Origin: Candidatus Kerfeldbacteria bacterium
GTDB lineage: Bacteria > Patescibacteriota > Patescibacteriia > UBA10025 > JAHIVO01
Length of the DNA: 64,000 nt
NCBI GenBank assembly: GCA_047946875.1
Contig: CP181398.1
Span: 713,041-777,040, forward strand
Reading direction: 5' to 3'
A model generated the notes under the pieces. That model saw only the letters and a program-made list of their open reading frames with translations. It did no database searches and had not been told where the DNA came from. A program made the position numbers and the translations under genes. Positions 18,081 through 27,614 of the stretch are shown here, one piece after another. Position 1 is the first letter of the stretch. Each line of letters begins with the position of its first letter.

Positions 18081-18494
18081 TCATCGCATTATCCAGACAG
18101 CTTCCATTGTAGCTATCACTTTACCACTTCTTGTTGTGGCTTCTCCCTTCATGATGATTTCATCGCCTGTCTTTTTACCTTCTCTATCTATCCAGCAAGT
18201 AATAACAAATGGCGATTTCATACTAAGTACATTAATGAACTTAACTGTCTGAGAAGCAGTTATAGCACTATTTATGCCATAACAGAAATAAATACACATG
18301 CCGACTGTATCATCAAATAATGCACCAATAGCACCCCCATGCGCAAACTTGTAAAAACTCAATGCTTCTGGATTAAGATTTGTGATTTCTACACTATACT
18401 TCTTCGTTTTGGCATTAAATTTACCAAGTTTATCAGCACCCAGTAATTTGGCTAATCGCGTTAGCTCTGTTGGTAGGCCCTCATATTTACCCAC
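18081..18494 (-). CDS. PaaI/hotdog-fold thioesterase
   Basis: HGGAIGALFD motif and a ~137-aa hotdog size. Confidence 0.65.
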   Translation of the reverse strand: MGKYEGLPTELTRLAKLLGADKLGKFNAKTKKYSVEITNLNPEALSFYKFAHGGAIGALFDDTVGMCIYFCYGINSAITASQTVKFINVLSMKSPFVITCWIDREGKKTGDEIIMKGEATTRSGKVIATMEAVWIMR

Positions 18495-18520
18495 AACTCC
18501 CCATTTCTTTGATTATATTG

Positions 18521-18555
18521 TCATTGTACATTTAACTTACATTGTACATTTAACT
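18521..18555 (+). repeat. Tandem direct repeat TGTACATTTAACTTAC x2 (3-nt spacer)
   Basis: Exact 16-nt duplication in the intergenic region upstream of the island genes. Confidence 0.6.
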
Positions 18556-18608
18556 TACTATATATATAGTATATATTGATATTTATGTCAATATGAGAGT
18601 GTATAATA

Positions 18609-18637
18609 TTGACCAACATCTAATCCTTTGGTAAGGT
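18609..18637 (+). promoter_or_regulatory. Promoter TTGACC-17-TAAGGT. It shares a ~40-bp near-identical block (AACATCTAATCCTTTGGTAAGGT.ATTTAATAT) with the promoter at 20681.
   Basis: A good -35 hexamer, 17-nt spacer and -10-like hexamer. The conserved block repeats at 20687-20720. Confidence 0.5.
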
Positions 18638-18699
18638 GATTTAATATAAAGAATAGAAATAAACATAGCAAATCTTAAAAACTTAAAAAGGAGGCAGAA

Positions 18700-19854
18700 A
18701 TGCAAAAATCGATTTTTATTGGGTTTAATTTTGGTTCTACCAATCTCAAACTGTGGGCAGTTGATTTAAATGAATATCTTAAAACTGCTCAAGTTATTGA
18801 CAGGGGTGAAATTGAGTTGACTAAAGACAATTCTATTGGAAATTTGACTGAGGCGGTTCGTCCTTTCATTTTTAACAATAATTGTTTTTCCCCCGACGAA
18901 ATTGGAGTAATTGGCGTACGATCCGCCATTCTAAAAGGATTACTACCTGGAGTGATTCATATAGATCATACATATATGAATGCACTGGATCAACCAGAAC
19001 TAATCGGTACAAAACACAGAACCAATGACTGCCCCAGGGTCGCATATCCAATCGCGACTGAACTTGATATTCCAATTTATACCGCAGACGCAATCTCATC
19101 AATTAGCCAAAATTATTGGGATATCGCTCGAACAACCGGAATTCCTGGAATATTTCGTGAAGGCTACGCTCACTATCTCAGCCTACGCTATCTTATTTAT
19201 TTAATCGCAAAAAGAAATAATATCAAAACCAATCAAGTTAACTGTGTATTAGTACATGGTGGTGGTGGAGCAAGTATAGCTGCTTGTGTCGGTGGAGATA
19301 TTGTCGTAACCAATAATCCAAATGAATGGAATCCATTTGGTGAACGAGCTGGAGCCTTACCTGCTCTAGAGGGTTCTAAGTGGCTATGGGATAAATTCAA
19401 AAAAGGGTCAACTATTGAAGAAGTGCAAAAAATACTCCTCAAAAAATGTGGCTATGTAGGTCATACCGGAGCTGAGAATTTTGAACAACTTCTCGACATG
19501 GTTCGTAAATGCGATAAAAATGCAACACATATTTTTAAAACTATGTGTTACCAATTTGGATGTGAAATCAACCAACGGGCACTAGAAGTAGAATCGGCAA
19601 TTACACAAAAAGATGAATTCCAAGGAGTATTCTGCACTGGAGGAATGTTCAAGGCTATGGAATTTATTCGGGGAGTTAATGTAAATGGCTCGACTATCGA
19701 TGGTATTTCAAAATGGCTTGAAACACAAAACAGAACTTCAGTATTTTCCGACGAATTTTCTGGAGAGTATGAGACTGAAGCACTAACCACACAAGTTCTT
19801 CGTGCAATAAAAGGAGATATTAAATCTCAATCATATATAATTCCAAACCTTTAA
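18700..19854 (+). CDS. ASKHA-superfamily kinase, butyrate/acetate-kinase-like
   Basis: N-terminal FIGFNFGSTNLK resembles the acetate/butyrate kinase INPGSTSTK. VLVHGGGGASIAACVGGDIV resembles the butyrate kinase HLGxGxSxAA segment. C-terminal FCTGGMF resembles FTGGIGEN. 384 aa. Confidence 0.5.
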   Translation: MQKSIFIGFNFGSTNLKLWAVDLNEYLKTAQVIDRGEIELTKDNSIGNLTEAVRPFIFNNNCFSPDEIGVIGVRSAILKGLLPGVIHIDHTYMNALDQPELIGTKHRTNDCPRVAYPIATELDIPIYTADAISSISQNYWDIARTTGIPGIFREGYAHYLSLRYLIYLIAKRNNIKTNQVNCVLVHGGGGASIAACVGGDIVVTNNPNEWNPFGERAGALPALEGSKWLWDKFKKGSTIEEVQKILLKKCGYVGHTGAENFEQLLDMVRKCDKNATHIFKTMCYQFGCEINQRALEVESAITQKDEFQGVFCTGGMFKAMEFIRGVNVNGSTIDGISKWLETQNRTSVFSDEFSGEYETEALTTQVLRAIKGDIKSQSYIIPNL

Positions 19855-19872
19855 TATTTGCTTAATAATCAT

Positions 19873-19907
19873 AGACGACCACTCTTTAACTTTGGTCGTC
19901 TTTTTTA
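19873..19907 (+). terminator. Rho-independent terminator (AGACGACC...GGTCGTCT + T6). A loose TTGACT-17-TAAGCT promoter for the next gene follows.
   Basis: Perfect 8-bp stem and U-run. TTGACT at 19908-19913. Confidence 0.65.
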
Positions 19908-19981
19908 TTGACTATATTTATACTCTTTGTTAAGCTAATTAAAATACAAAACAAAAATGGAACTTTAAAATTATTGGAGGG

Positions 19982-20602
19982 GTGGCAAATATGGTCAAAT
20001 TATTTTTTATGCTAGGTTCAATGTTAATACTTGGCTGGGCAGCATTACATACCGGTCATTTCAAATCATATGTTAATTCAGCTCCATACGCGATGGGATT
20101 TATAAAGCTCTTCTTTCTCGGCACGCTGGGTGAGCTTATAAAATATCGTATCTCAAAAAAAACCTGGAAACTCGATTACATTCTGGAAAGAGCTATCTTT
20201 TGGGGTTTATTTGGAATATGGTTTACTAATGCATTCCCTTTTTTTGCTGGAGGAACAGGAGCAATAATCACCAAAGGTCTTTGGTGGGATAATTTCCAAG
20301 CATTATCTTCAAGTTTATGGATTAACATCTTCGGTGGATATGCTTTATATATGATGATCATACACGAATATTGTAATCATCTAATAAAAACAAGGTATCA
20401 TGGTTGGCGTTTAAGTAACTTTGCAAAAAATGTGGACCGTCATTTTATTTTTTGCTTTCTTCCAATGACTCTTATCTTCTGGGTTTGTGCACATACAATC
20501 ACCTTCTCATTACCTCCTGATTTACAAATTCTTAGTGCAGCAGTTTTAGCAATAGCACTGGGTATATTCCTGAGTGTAGGAAGAAGAATAAAAACAGCTT
20601 GA
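19982..20602 (+). CDS. Hypothetical polytopic membrane protein (206 aa)
   Basis: Multiple hydrophobic helices. No recognisable family. Confidence 0.5.
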   Translation: MANMVKLFFMLGSMLILGWAALHTGHFKSYVNSAPYAMGFIKLFFLGTLGELIKYRISKKTWKLDYILERAIFWGLFGIWFTNAFPFFAGGTGAIITKGLWWDNFQALSSSLWINIFGGYALYMMIIHEYCNHLIKTRYHGWRLSNFAKNVDRHFIFCFLPMTLIFWVCAHTITFSLPPDLQILSAAVLAIALGIFLSVGRRIKTA

Positions 20603-20651
20603 ATAAAATTAATCAAGCATTACATAGACAGTAATAATAATAATCATATAA

Positions 20652-20709
20652 TAGGGTCAATTTATGACCCTATTTTTTTATTGACTAACATCTAATCCTT
20701 TGGTAAGGT
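20652..20709 (+). promoter_or_regulatory. Terminator hairpin (AGGGTCA...TGACCCT + T8) immediately followed by promoter TTGACT-17-TAAGGT
   Basis: Hairpin 20653-20679. The -35 is at 20681-20686 and the -10-like at 20704-20709. It carries the same conserved block as the 18609 promoter. Confidence 0.55.
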
Positions 20710-20768
20710 AATTTAATATCAAAAACAGAAATAAATAACGTTAATTTTACAGAAACGAGGTGTTTTAA

Positions 20769-22490
20769 ATGGCTACAAAGAAACGTAAAAAAATTGCCCT
20801 AATATCAGTGGCAAACAAAAAAGGTATTATCACGTTTGCCCGATGGCTCGTAAAGCTCGGTTACATGATACTTGCCTCAGGCGGTACAGCTAAGAAGCTT
20901 AAACAAGCTGGGATCCCTGTAACTGATACTTCTGACTTTATCGGAGATGCGCATGCTAAGATGATCAATCGTATCGCCACAAACAAGAAACATAAAATCC
21001 CACCGCGGGTTTTAAAAGCGATTCGCAAAGAAATTGGTGGCATCATTCTAAGTCACCGTGTCGCGACCCTATATCCACAGATACATGGAGGAATTTTAGC
21101 ACAGGACACTGAGCAACATCTTAATGATCTGGCTAAAATCTGCGCCCAGTGGATTGATATTGTCTGTGTTGACTTCTATCCACTTGATGGCGAAATAGCT
21201 CGTCCAGGGTCAGATCGCTTCTCTGTAATAGAGAAAATTGATGTCGGTGGACCAACTATGGTCAATGCTACAGCTAAATCAGCTGAAGATGGACGAACTG
21301 TGATCTGTGATCAAGTTGATCGTATACGGGTTATTAAAGCGATCAAAAAACATGGCGAAGTTCCTCTAAAACTCCGTCGTGAGCTGGCTGAAAAAGCCTT
21401 TTTCAAAGTGGCTGAATACTATCTCTCAGCTTCTCGATACTTAAGTGGTGGAAAGTACAATGGCGTCTTAGGTCGCCTACGCTCACTATGTAAGTACGGG
21501 GAAAATGCTGCTCAGACACCAGCCGGCTTATATGAGGTTGATGATAATGATTCTTTAGCACTACATAAATTCGAGATGATCGAAGGATGTGCACCAAGCT
21601 TCATTAATTTTACCGACTATAACCGTGGTCTTCAGGGTATTACCCATGCCATTGCTGCATTCCGTAAAAATAAATGTAAAGCAAAATACTTTGCTTTCAT
21701 TTACAAACATGGTAATGCATGTGGCGGTGCTTATGGTAATAACAAAGCCGAAGTATTAAGGAAAGCAATAGCCGGCAACCCACGAGCAGCCTGGGGTGGG
21801 ATTATCATTGCCAACTTTACGATTGGAGCAAAAGAAGCGGAGATAATCAGGACTCACAAAACCAAAAAGGTGGATCGCATAATAGATGGTATTCTTGCGC
21901 CATCAATTTCCATACCAGCAATTGAACGACTCAAGCGCGCTAAAGGTGCTTGTCGTATGTTGGTTAATCCAGCTCTCAAGTCCCCCTCTATGGACACTGG
22001 AAAAATCATCCACACGCTCCGCGGTACATTCGTACTGCAACCAAACTATGAGTATGTATTTGATTTTAACCATCCAAAAGTTAAGCAATTTGGAAAAATG
22101 ACTCTGCGACAAAAGTCTGATTTCCTCCTGGCTTGGGCGATCTGCGCTACTTCAAGTAGCAATACGATCACAATAGTTAATAACTGCATGCTAATCGGTA
22201 ATGGTACTGGTCAGGACGATCGAGTCGGAGCAGCCCAGCTTGCAACAAAGAAAGCACGTACTTTCAAGCATATGCTAAATGGATCTGTCTGCTGTAGTGA
22301 CTCATTCTTCCCATATGTTGATGGTGTAGCAACCCTTGTCCGCGCTGGTATTATCGGCATACTAACCGTTTCTGGATCCAGAATTAAAGGTGCTGGAGAC
22401 AAAGCAGTTAAGAAATTCCTTATTAAGAAGAATGTCTTACTAGTATGGATTCCGGTAGCCATCGGTCGTATCTTTTACGGTCACTGTTAA
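20769..22490 (+). CDS. purH: Bifunctional AICAR transformylase / IMP cyclohydrolase (PurH family), divergent long form
   Basis: N-terminal MGS-like IMPCH domain (ALISVANKKG...ASGGTAKKL...HGGILA). AICARFT motifs IDVGGPTMVNATAKS, KYGENAAQ, YKHGNACGGAYG, AWGGIIIANF, IGNGTGQDDRV and SDSFFPYVDG all align to E. coli PurH. Confidence 0.85.
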   Translation: MATKKRKKIALISVANKKGIITFARWLVKLGYMILASGGTAKKLKQAGIPVTDTSDFIGDAHAKMINRIATNKKHKIPPRVLKAIRKEIGGIILSHRVATLYPQIHGGILAQDTEQHLNDLAKICAQWIDIVCVDFYPLDGEIARPGSDRFSVIEKIDVGGPTMVNATAKSAEDGRTVICDQVDRIRVIKAIKKHGEVPLKLRRELAEKAFFKVAEYYLSASRYLSGGKYNGVLGRLRSLCKYGENAAQTPAGLYEVDDNDSLALHKFEMIEGCAPSFINFTDYNRGLQGITHAIAAFRKNKCKAKYFAFIYKHGNACGGAYGNNKAEVLRKAIAGNPRAAWGGIIIANFTIGAKEAEIIRTHKTKKVDRIIDGILAPSISIPAIERLKRAKGACRMLVNPALKSPSMDTGKIIHTLRGTFVLQPNYEYVFDFNHPKVKQFGKMTLRQKSDFLLAWAICATSSSNTITIVNNCMLIGNGTGQDDRVGAAQLATKKARTFKHMLNGSVCCSDSFFPYVDGVATLVRAGIIGILTVSGSRIKGAGDKAVKKFLIKKNVLLVWIPVAIGRIFYGHC

Positions 22491-22510
22491 TAAAACACAA
22501 CTATAAACCT

Positions 22511-22575
22511 AAAGACGATTCAATTATGAATCGTCTTTTTTTATTATTGACGAAATAATCACTCTTTGATAAGGT
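22511..22575 (+). promoter_or_regulatory. Terminator (AAGACGATTC...GAATCGTCTT + T-run) followed by promoter TTGACG-17-TAAGGT
   Basis: Hairpin 22512-22542. The -35 is at 22547-22552 and the -10-like at 22570-22575. Confidence 0.55.
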
Positions 22576-22639
22576 ATTATAATATCAAAAAATGTAAATA
22601 AACATTGTAACTTAAAAACAGAAAGAAAAGGAGCATAAA

Positions 22640-23644
22640 ATGAAAGCTCTCATTAGTACCAAACACTTTAACTTGTCGAATACTTACCCATTCTCTGAAG
22701 GAAAAGTAAGGGACATTTATAATCTGGATGAGCAACTATTGATCATCGCTACTGATCGTATTTCGGCATTTGATCATGTATTACCAACTCCCGTACCAGG
22801 ACGTGGCATAGTATTAACCGAAATGACTGTTAATTGGATAGATTTGCTGACAAAAGATATTGCCAATCTCAAAACCAAACTGCCAATTACTAATCATCTG
22901 GTTCATACCGATGTGGGAGAACTTCCTGAAATATTTCATCCGTTTGCTGATGAACTTACTGGTCGTTTCATGGTCGTAGAAAAATGTGACCCTATTCCAG
23001 CTGAATTAATCATTCGTGGGAATATTACAGGATCTCTATGGAAAGCTTATAAAAAAGCCGTTAAAGAAAATCCTGAAGCAACTACAGTAAACATCCTTGG
23101 TCATGAATTACCAACCGACCTTCAGGAGTCCGAAGAATTTCCTCATCCATTATTTACGCCATCAACCAAGGCGGAAGCTGGTCAACATGATGAAAATATC
23201 AGCTATGAACAAATGGTGATTATCTTCACCGAATGGTTGAAGAATAAAGAATATGATGTTACTGCCGAGGATCTAGCAATAAGCTGTCTAGATCTCTCAC
23301 TCATGCTCTTTACCAAAGCACGTGACAAAGCCAAAAAACTTGGCATAATCATCGCTGACACGAAGTTCGAATTCGGTCTCAAGGTTGTAGAAGGTATATT
23401 ATATCTTGTAATTATCGATGAGATCCTATCCTCTGACTCATCTCGTTACTGGCCGGCCGATGAATTTGCAATTGGCAAAAGCCAAAACAGCTATGATAAA
23501 CAGATTGTTAGAGATTATCTCAGCAAAGAACTCGAATGGGATGGGACTCTTCCAATTCCAGTTATACCTGATGAAATCGTTAAACAAATTATCGATCGTT
23601 ATCAAGAATGTATGACAATTTTATTCGATGAAAATCTTGACTGA
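22640..23644 (+). CDS. purC: SAICAR synthetase (PurC family), long form
   Basis: GKVRDIY...LLIIATDRISAFD is the PurC signature. 334 aa. Confidence 0.85.
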   Translation: MKALISTKHFNLSNTYPFSEGKVRDIYNLDEQLLIIATDRISAFDHVLPTPVPGRGIVLTEMTVNWIDLLTKDIANLKTKLPITNHLVHTDVGELPEIFHPFADELTGRFMVVEKCDPIPAELIIRGNITGSLWKAYKKAVKENPEATTVNILGHELPTDLQESEEFPHPLFTPSTKAEAGQHDENISYEQMVIIFTEWLKNKEYDVTAEDLAISCLDLSLMLFTKARDKAKKLGIIIADTKFEFGLKVVEGILYLVIIDEILSSDSSRYWPADEFAIGKSQNSYDKQIVRDYLSKELEWDGTLPIPVIPDEIVKQIIDRYQECMTILFDENLD

Positions 23645-23655
23645 TTAACATCTTC

Positions 23656-23724
23656 AAAGCGGCCCTAAAATAGGACCGCTTTTTTTATTACTCCCTTGAC
23701 AAAACAATGACAAAATGTTAGTAT
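23656..23724 (+). promoter_or_regulatory. Terminator (AGCGGCCCT...AGGACCGCT + T7) followed by consensus promoter TTGACA-17-TAGTAT
   Basis: Hairpin followed by a U-run. The -35 TTGACA is at 23696-23701 and the -10 TAGTAT at 23719-23724. Confidence 0.55.
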
Positions 23725-23839
23725 CATTAGTTATTGTTTGTAACTGAACTTTGACATAAACGCCGATGGTATGTGAAATATTTGTATCTCACATATTTTC
23801 ATCGGGAAATAAAAACTCCAAAAGGAACTGGAGACAAGA

Positions 23840-25222
23840 ATGAATGCAAAACAAGGAACTGCATTAGCAACTGACAAGATTGTCACTCATTTCAAACCGC
23901 ACGCAGATGAATTTGTGGCAATATATTTACTGCGCCGTTTTGGCCAGGAATTATTCCCAGGAATTTCTGATGCAAAAATCATTACCAAGGACGGTAGTGT
24001 AAAACTTTACAACCGTAAAGGATGGTTGAAAGTTGGTATCGGTGAAGGAATTTTTGATGAACATGGTCAACTCAATTGTTGTTGCGCTGATTTGGTCGCT
24101 CAATACCTAGGCATTGATCATTTGCCAAAAATTATATTGCTACTAAAACACATTCGTCGTGGTGACCTTTTTGGAAAAAGTACCACCTACGATCTAAGTG
24201 AATGCATCAAAAACCTCAATCATGACGGATGGTCGCCTGCCAAAATAGAAAAATGGTTAGCAACTTTCCTAGATTGTTATTTTGATGATAAAACTATCAT
24301 CAAAGGATCTTCCGTTGATGACGATCACCAAGGATACATTTTCCCAATCAGTGATGGAGAAACAAGAACGTTGTTTTCTAACAACACTTTATACCGTGAC
24401 TGGTTGAAAAAGAAAAACCTAAAAAGCAATCAACCTGAAGTTAGCAAACTAACTAACAATCTTAACCAATTCACCAAACGACCTCCTTCAAAAATATTTG
24501 ATATTTGTGAAGGAGCATACTTGATAGCAGTCTATCTTGGTAAACTCGAGTCATTTACTTGGACTTCAGCAATATTTGAAGCCAGTAAAAACTATCAGCA
24601 AGAATTCCTTGAAGCTTGTGATATCGTCAAACCTATGAAAGTGATTGTAGTTAGGCCTTACGATAATTGCAATAAAGCTAATATTATCAGAATACTTGCA
24701 ATCGACAGGACAATAAATAGACAAGGAAACAAATGTCTCCTTAATGCAGCCAAGTTTCTCAATAAGAATTTAGATGTATTGGTTATCCAACAACCGAATG
24801 GAAGCATCCAAGTTTTTATTACAAATATTCATCTCATGCATCTATGGCCGATGATTGTCCGCGCAATCAGACTGGAAGAGATGGTAGTCAATGACATGCC
24901 TATAGATAGCATTATCACTGACTATGATGTACTTGCTCAGACGGGCAGTCTAACCGAATTACCTCAATTGCCTCTGTGGTATTTCCCAGCAAACGGGAAT
25001 GGTGACGGATGGGCGCTATTAAACGGTGCACTGACGTTACCAAATGTCATCCCAAGTAATATCTATTTTGATGAAATTGTTAACATCATTAAGACAATGA
25101 TATTCTACAATGATGACAAAAATACATGGCAAAACTATGCGGATAATCGTATAGATGAATATCATGATTCCTGCAACAAACCGTCTACCGGTAATTGCTT
25201 GGGTGATTATTCAGCTCTTTAA
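23840..25222 (+). CDS. Hypothetical protein (460 aa), Cys-containing, possibly a DHH-like phosphoesterase
   Basis: N-terminal THFKPHADEFVA loosely resembles the DHH motif I (HxxPDxDxxxS). This is weak, and no other family signature was seen. Confidence 0.4.
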   Translation: MNAKQGTALATDKIVTHFKPHADEFVAIYLLRRFGQELFPGISDAKIITKDGSVKLYNRKGWLKVGIGEGIFDEHGQLNCCCADLVAQYLGIDHLPKIILLLKHIRRGDLFGKSTTYDLSECIKNLNHDGWSPAKIEKWLATFLDCYFDDKTIIKGSSVDDDHQGYIFPISDGETRTLFSNNTLYRDWLKKKNLKSNQPEVSKLTNNLNQFTKRPPSKIFDICEGAYLIAVYLGKLESFTWTSAIFEASKNYQQEFLEACDIVKPMKVIVVRPYDNCNKANIIRILAIDRTINRQGNKCLLNAAKFLNKNLDVLVIQQPNGSIQVFITNIHLMHLWPMIVRAIRLEEMVVNDMPIDSIITDYDVLAQTGSLTELPQLPLWYFPANGNGDGWALLNGALTLPNVIPSNIYFDEIVNIIKTMIFYNDDKNTWQNYADNRIDEYHDSCNKPSTGNCLGDYSAL

Positions 25223-25263
25223 CTAATTAACTACTGCAAAATAGCAGTAATAATATATAACCA

Positions 25264-25308
25264 AAAAGACCTAGGTTTTTACCAACTAGGTCTTTTTTTT
25301 AATTAGCT
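25264..25308. terminator. Bidirectional intrinsic terminator (AAAGACCTAGG...CCTAGGTCTTT) with an A-run before and a T-run after
   Basis: A perfect 11-bp stem lies between convergent genes: 23840 on the plus strand and 25309 on the minus strand. Confidence 0.6.
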
Positions 25309-27561
25309 TTATTGAATAACTTGAATATCCCCGTCAACCAAGGTTACAGTATTACTACATGCAACTTGAGACTGCGAATCAACGATACATACAGTATAAT
25401 AATGCGTACCAATATTTAAATCAGCATCAGCAGATCTAGTACTACTCTTATCACCTTCATCCAGATGAGTTACAGTCGTACGATCACCTATTGCTCTTAT
25501 ATATCCATCAGCTGGATACTTTGGTGTTGCATTTTCCTGATCCCATACTACCTTATAATAACTAAAATCAACTTCATTTGACTGATTCCAACTTAAAGTC
25601 ATACTACCATCAGCATAACTTCCTGAAAGAATCAAGGCTGCGGGCGCGGCATTAACGTGAATTGGAGTAACTTTTATTACATTACTACAATGAATTTGGT
25701 CTCCTACTGCGCATATTCTATAATAGTAACTCTTAGTACTCCTTGATGCATAATCTCTATAACTTTCATCTCCTTTATTCTTCACAGCGATATAACTATC
25801 GTCAGGATAACGTAGATCTGCATTAGTCTCTGATCTAACAACTTTGTAATATTTAAATCCAGAAATATCTTCTGCAACGTTATTCCACCATAATCCAACA
25901 CCTGAACTCTCTGCCGTTGCTGACATAGTTACAGTAACACTAGTTTCAGTGTCCTCATCCTCACTTGCATCTTCAGCATTATATGATTTTACTGAAAGAT
26001 CATTACTATAAATCAAGCAAGTTCCTTCTGTAGTATATTGACATACTCTATAATGATAAGTCTTACCTTTGGTAGCTGCCCAAGTATAACTATGTTTACT
26101 TGAATCAGATAAATATTTGTAATCATCACCAGGATAAACAGGATTCTCAGATTCACTTCTAACCAATTTAAATCCATTTGTTATTTCTACTCCTTCAACT
26201 GACCAACTCATATGAACTCCATCACTTTTTGCTTCTGCTAATAAGAAAATACCAATTCTATCCTCCTCAACCTCTTCTTCCTCAACTTCAACAGCAGCTG
26301 TCTTACCTTTCATGTTAACTACATTAGAACAAAAAATATTATCACCTTCATAAACTTCGCAAACACGATAATAATATGTGTTATCAATTGATACGTCCGT
26401 ATCAGTATAGTTTTCTCTTCCTTTACTATTTACTGCAATATATCCATTGTCTGGATATTTTAAATCTGAATTTGTCTCAGATCTTACAACTTTATAATAT
26501 TTCAAACCTAGACCAGATGCTATATTCCAATTAAGATATACGCCGTCAGTTTTTGTCTCAGCAGAAAGTGTAATTGGTGTAGCTTGAGCTGGGGCAGTTT
26601 GATAAATTACTTTTATTTCTTTGATAGTTCTATAACCATTAGCGTCTTCAGCAACAACAGTAATAATATTCTTACCAACAATTAAACTTAATTCATAAGA
26701 ATATTGACCAGCTTCATTATCAACTGCTTCATCATTTATCGTTAAAGTTGCATCAAAATCTGAAACAGTTCCTTCGATAATAATTTTATCATTACTAGTT
26801 ACTTCTGCATCAGCAGGAGTTATAATTTTTAATTCTGGGCCAGCATAATCAGCTAACACGCCCAACTTGTCAGTATTTTTTGAATCTTCTTCTTTATTCC
26901 AAGTATACCATTCGTTTGTTAATTCATCTTCACCAATATCTGAAACATCTACATTTTTATCTTCAATGTCATATAATGCAGACTCACCTTCAGTCACTTC
27001 TTTAGAGTCATTTCCAGTCACAACCTTCACCTTACTTTCAACAACCCCAACTTCAATATTCTCTTCACCTATAACTACATCAAAAGCAGTACCTAGTGCC
27101 TGAGCTGTTACATTTGCAGCTACAACTTCATATGTATTAGTTCTATCTTTGGCAACCCGATGATAACTAGCACCAGAAACCTGTGTGATTATTATAGAGT
27201 TACTTTTTAATGAAGTTAAAAATATTTCAGTATTGTAACCTAATCTTATTACATCCCCATTTTCTAATTCAATAATTGCTTTAACAGCGCTGTCGGTGCC
27301 AGTCTTAACACTATCTCCTTGATGTAATACTGTATCAGTTTCTACTGATAACCAATCACCATCATCAACTTTAATTGAAACTTCACCTTTTTGATAAGCT
27401 AAAGTTGCTGCTATAGATGTAGCTACTTCTTCAGATTTATTGATTGACAAAATGTTAATGTCTACTAAATCATCATTTTGAAAATACCAATATGCGCCCC
27501 CTCCAATTACAATCAAAGCAACAACTATTGCGATGATTGGGGTTACAATATTACTTTTCAT
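25309..27561 (-). CDS. Membrane-anchored secreted protein with a FecR-like domain and 4 tandem ~90-aa beta-sandwich (FN3-like) repeats
   Basis: N-terminal TM helix. A FecR-like segment (VKTGTDSAVKAIIELENGDVIRLGYNTEIFL). Four repeats of F/LKYYKVVRSETN...YYYRVC...CSNVV. Confidence 0.6.
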   Translation of the reverse strand: MKSNIVTPIIAIVVALIVIGGGAYWYFQNDDLVDINILSINKSEEVATSIAATLAYQKGEVSIKVDDGDWLSVETDTVLHQGDSVKTGTDSAVKAIIELENGDVIRLGYNTEIFLTSLKSNSIIITQVSGASYHRVAKDRTNTYEVVAANVTAQALGTAFDVVIGEENIEVGVVESKVKVVTGNDSKEVTEGESALYDIEDKNVDVSDIGEDELTNEWYTWNKEEDSKNTDKLGVLADYAGPELKIITPADAEVTSNDKIIIEGTVSDFDATLTINDEAVDNEAGQYSYELSLIVGKNIITVVAEDANGYRTIKEIKVIYQTAPAQATPITLSAETKTDGVYLNWNIASGLGLKYYKVVRSETNSDLKYPDNGYIAVNSKGRENYTDTDVSIDNTYYYRVCEVYEGDNIFCSNVVNMKGKTAAVEVEEEEVEEDRIGIFLLAEAKSDGVHMSWSVEGVEITNGFKLVRSESENPVYPGDDYKYLSDSSKHSYTWAATKGKTYHYRVCQYTTEGTCLIYSNDLSVKSYNAEDASEDEDTETSVTVTMSATAESSGVGLWWNNVAEDISGFKYYKVVRSETNADLRYPDDSYIAVKNKGDESYRDYASRSTKSYYYRICAVGDQIHCSNVIKVTPIHVNAAPAALILSGSYADGSMTLSWNQSNEVDFSYYKVVWDQENATPKYPADGYIRAIGDRTTVTHLDEGDKSSTRSADADLNIGTHYYTVCIVDSQSQVACSNTVTLVDGDIQVIQ

Positions 27562-27614
27562 AACTATTATTTTAATTATTATTTAATTTTATAATTGAAA
27601 AATATACACATATA

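Noticed and set aside
20769-23644. ZTP (pfl) riboswitch upstream of purH or purC
   Set aside because: The 5' leaders are short and consist of promoter plus SD. The conserved pfl motifs (GGGUCGUGACUGGCG ... CCGCCUGGGCA) are absent.
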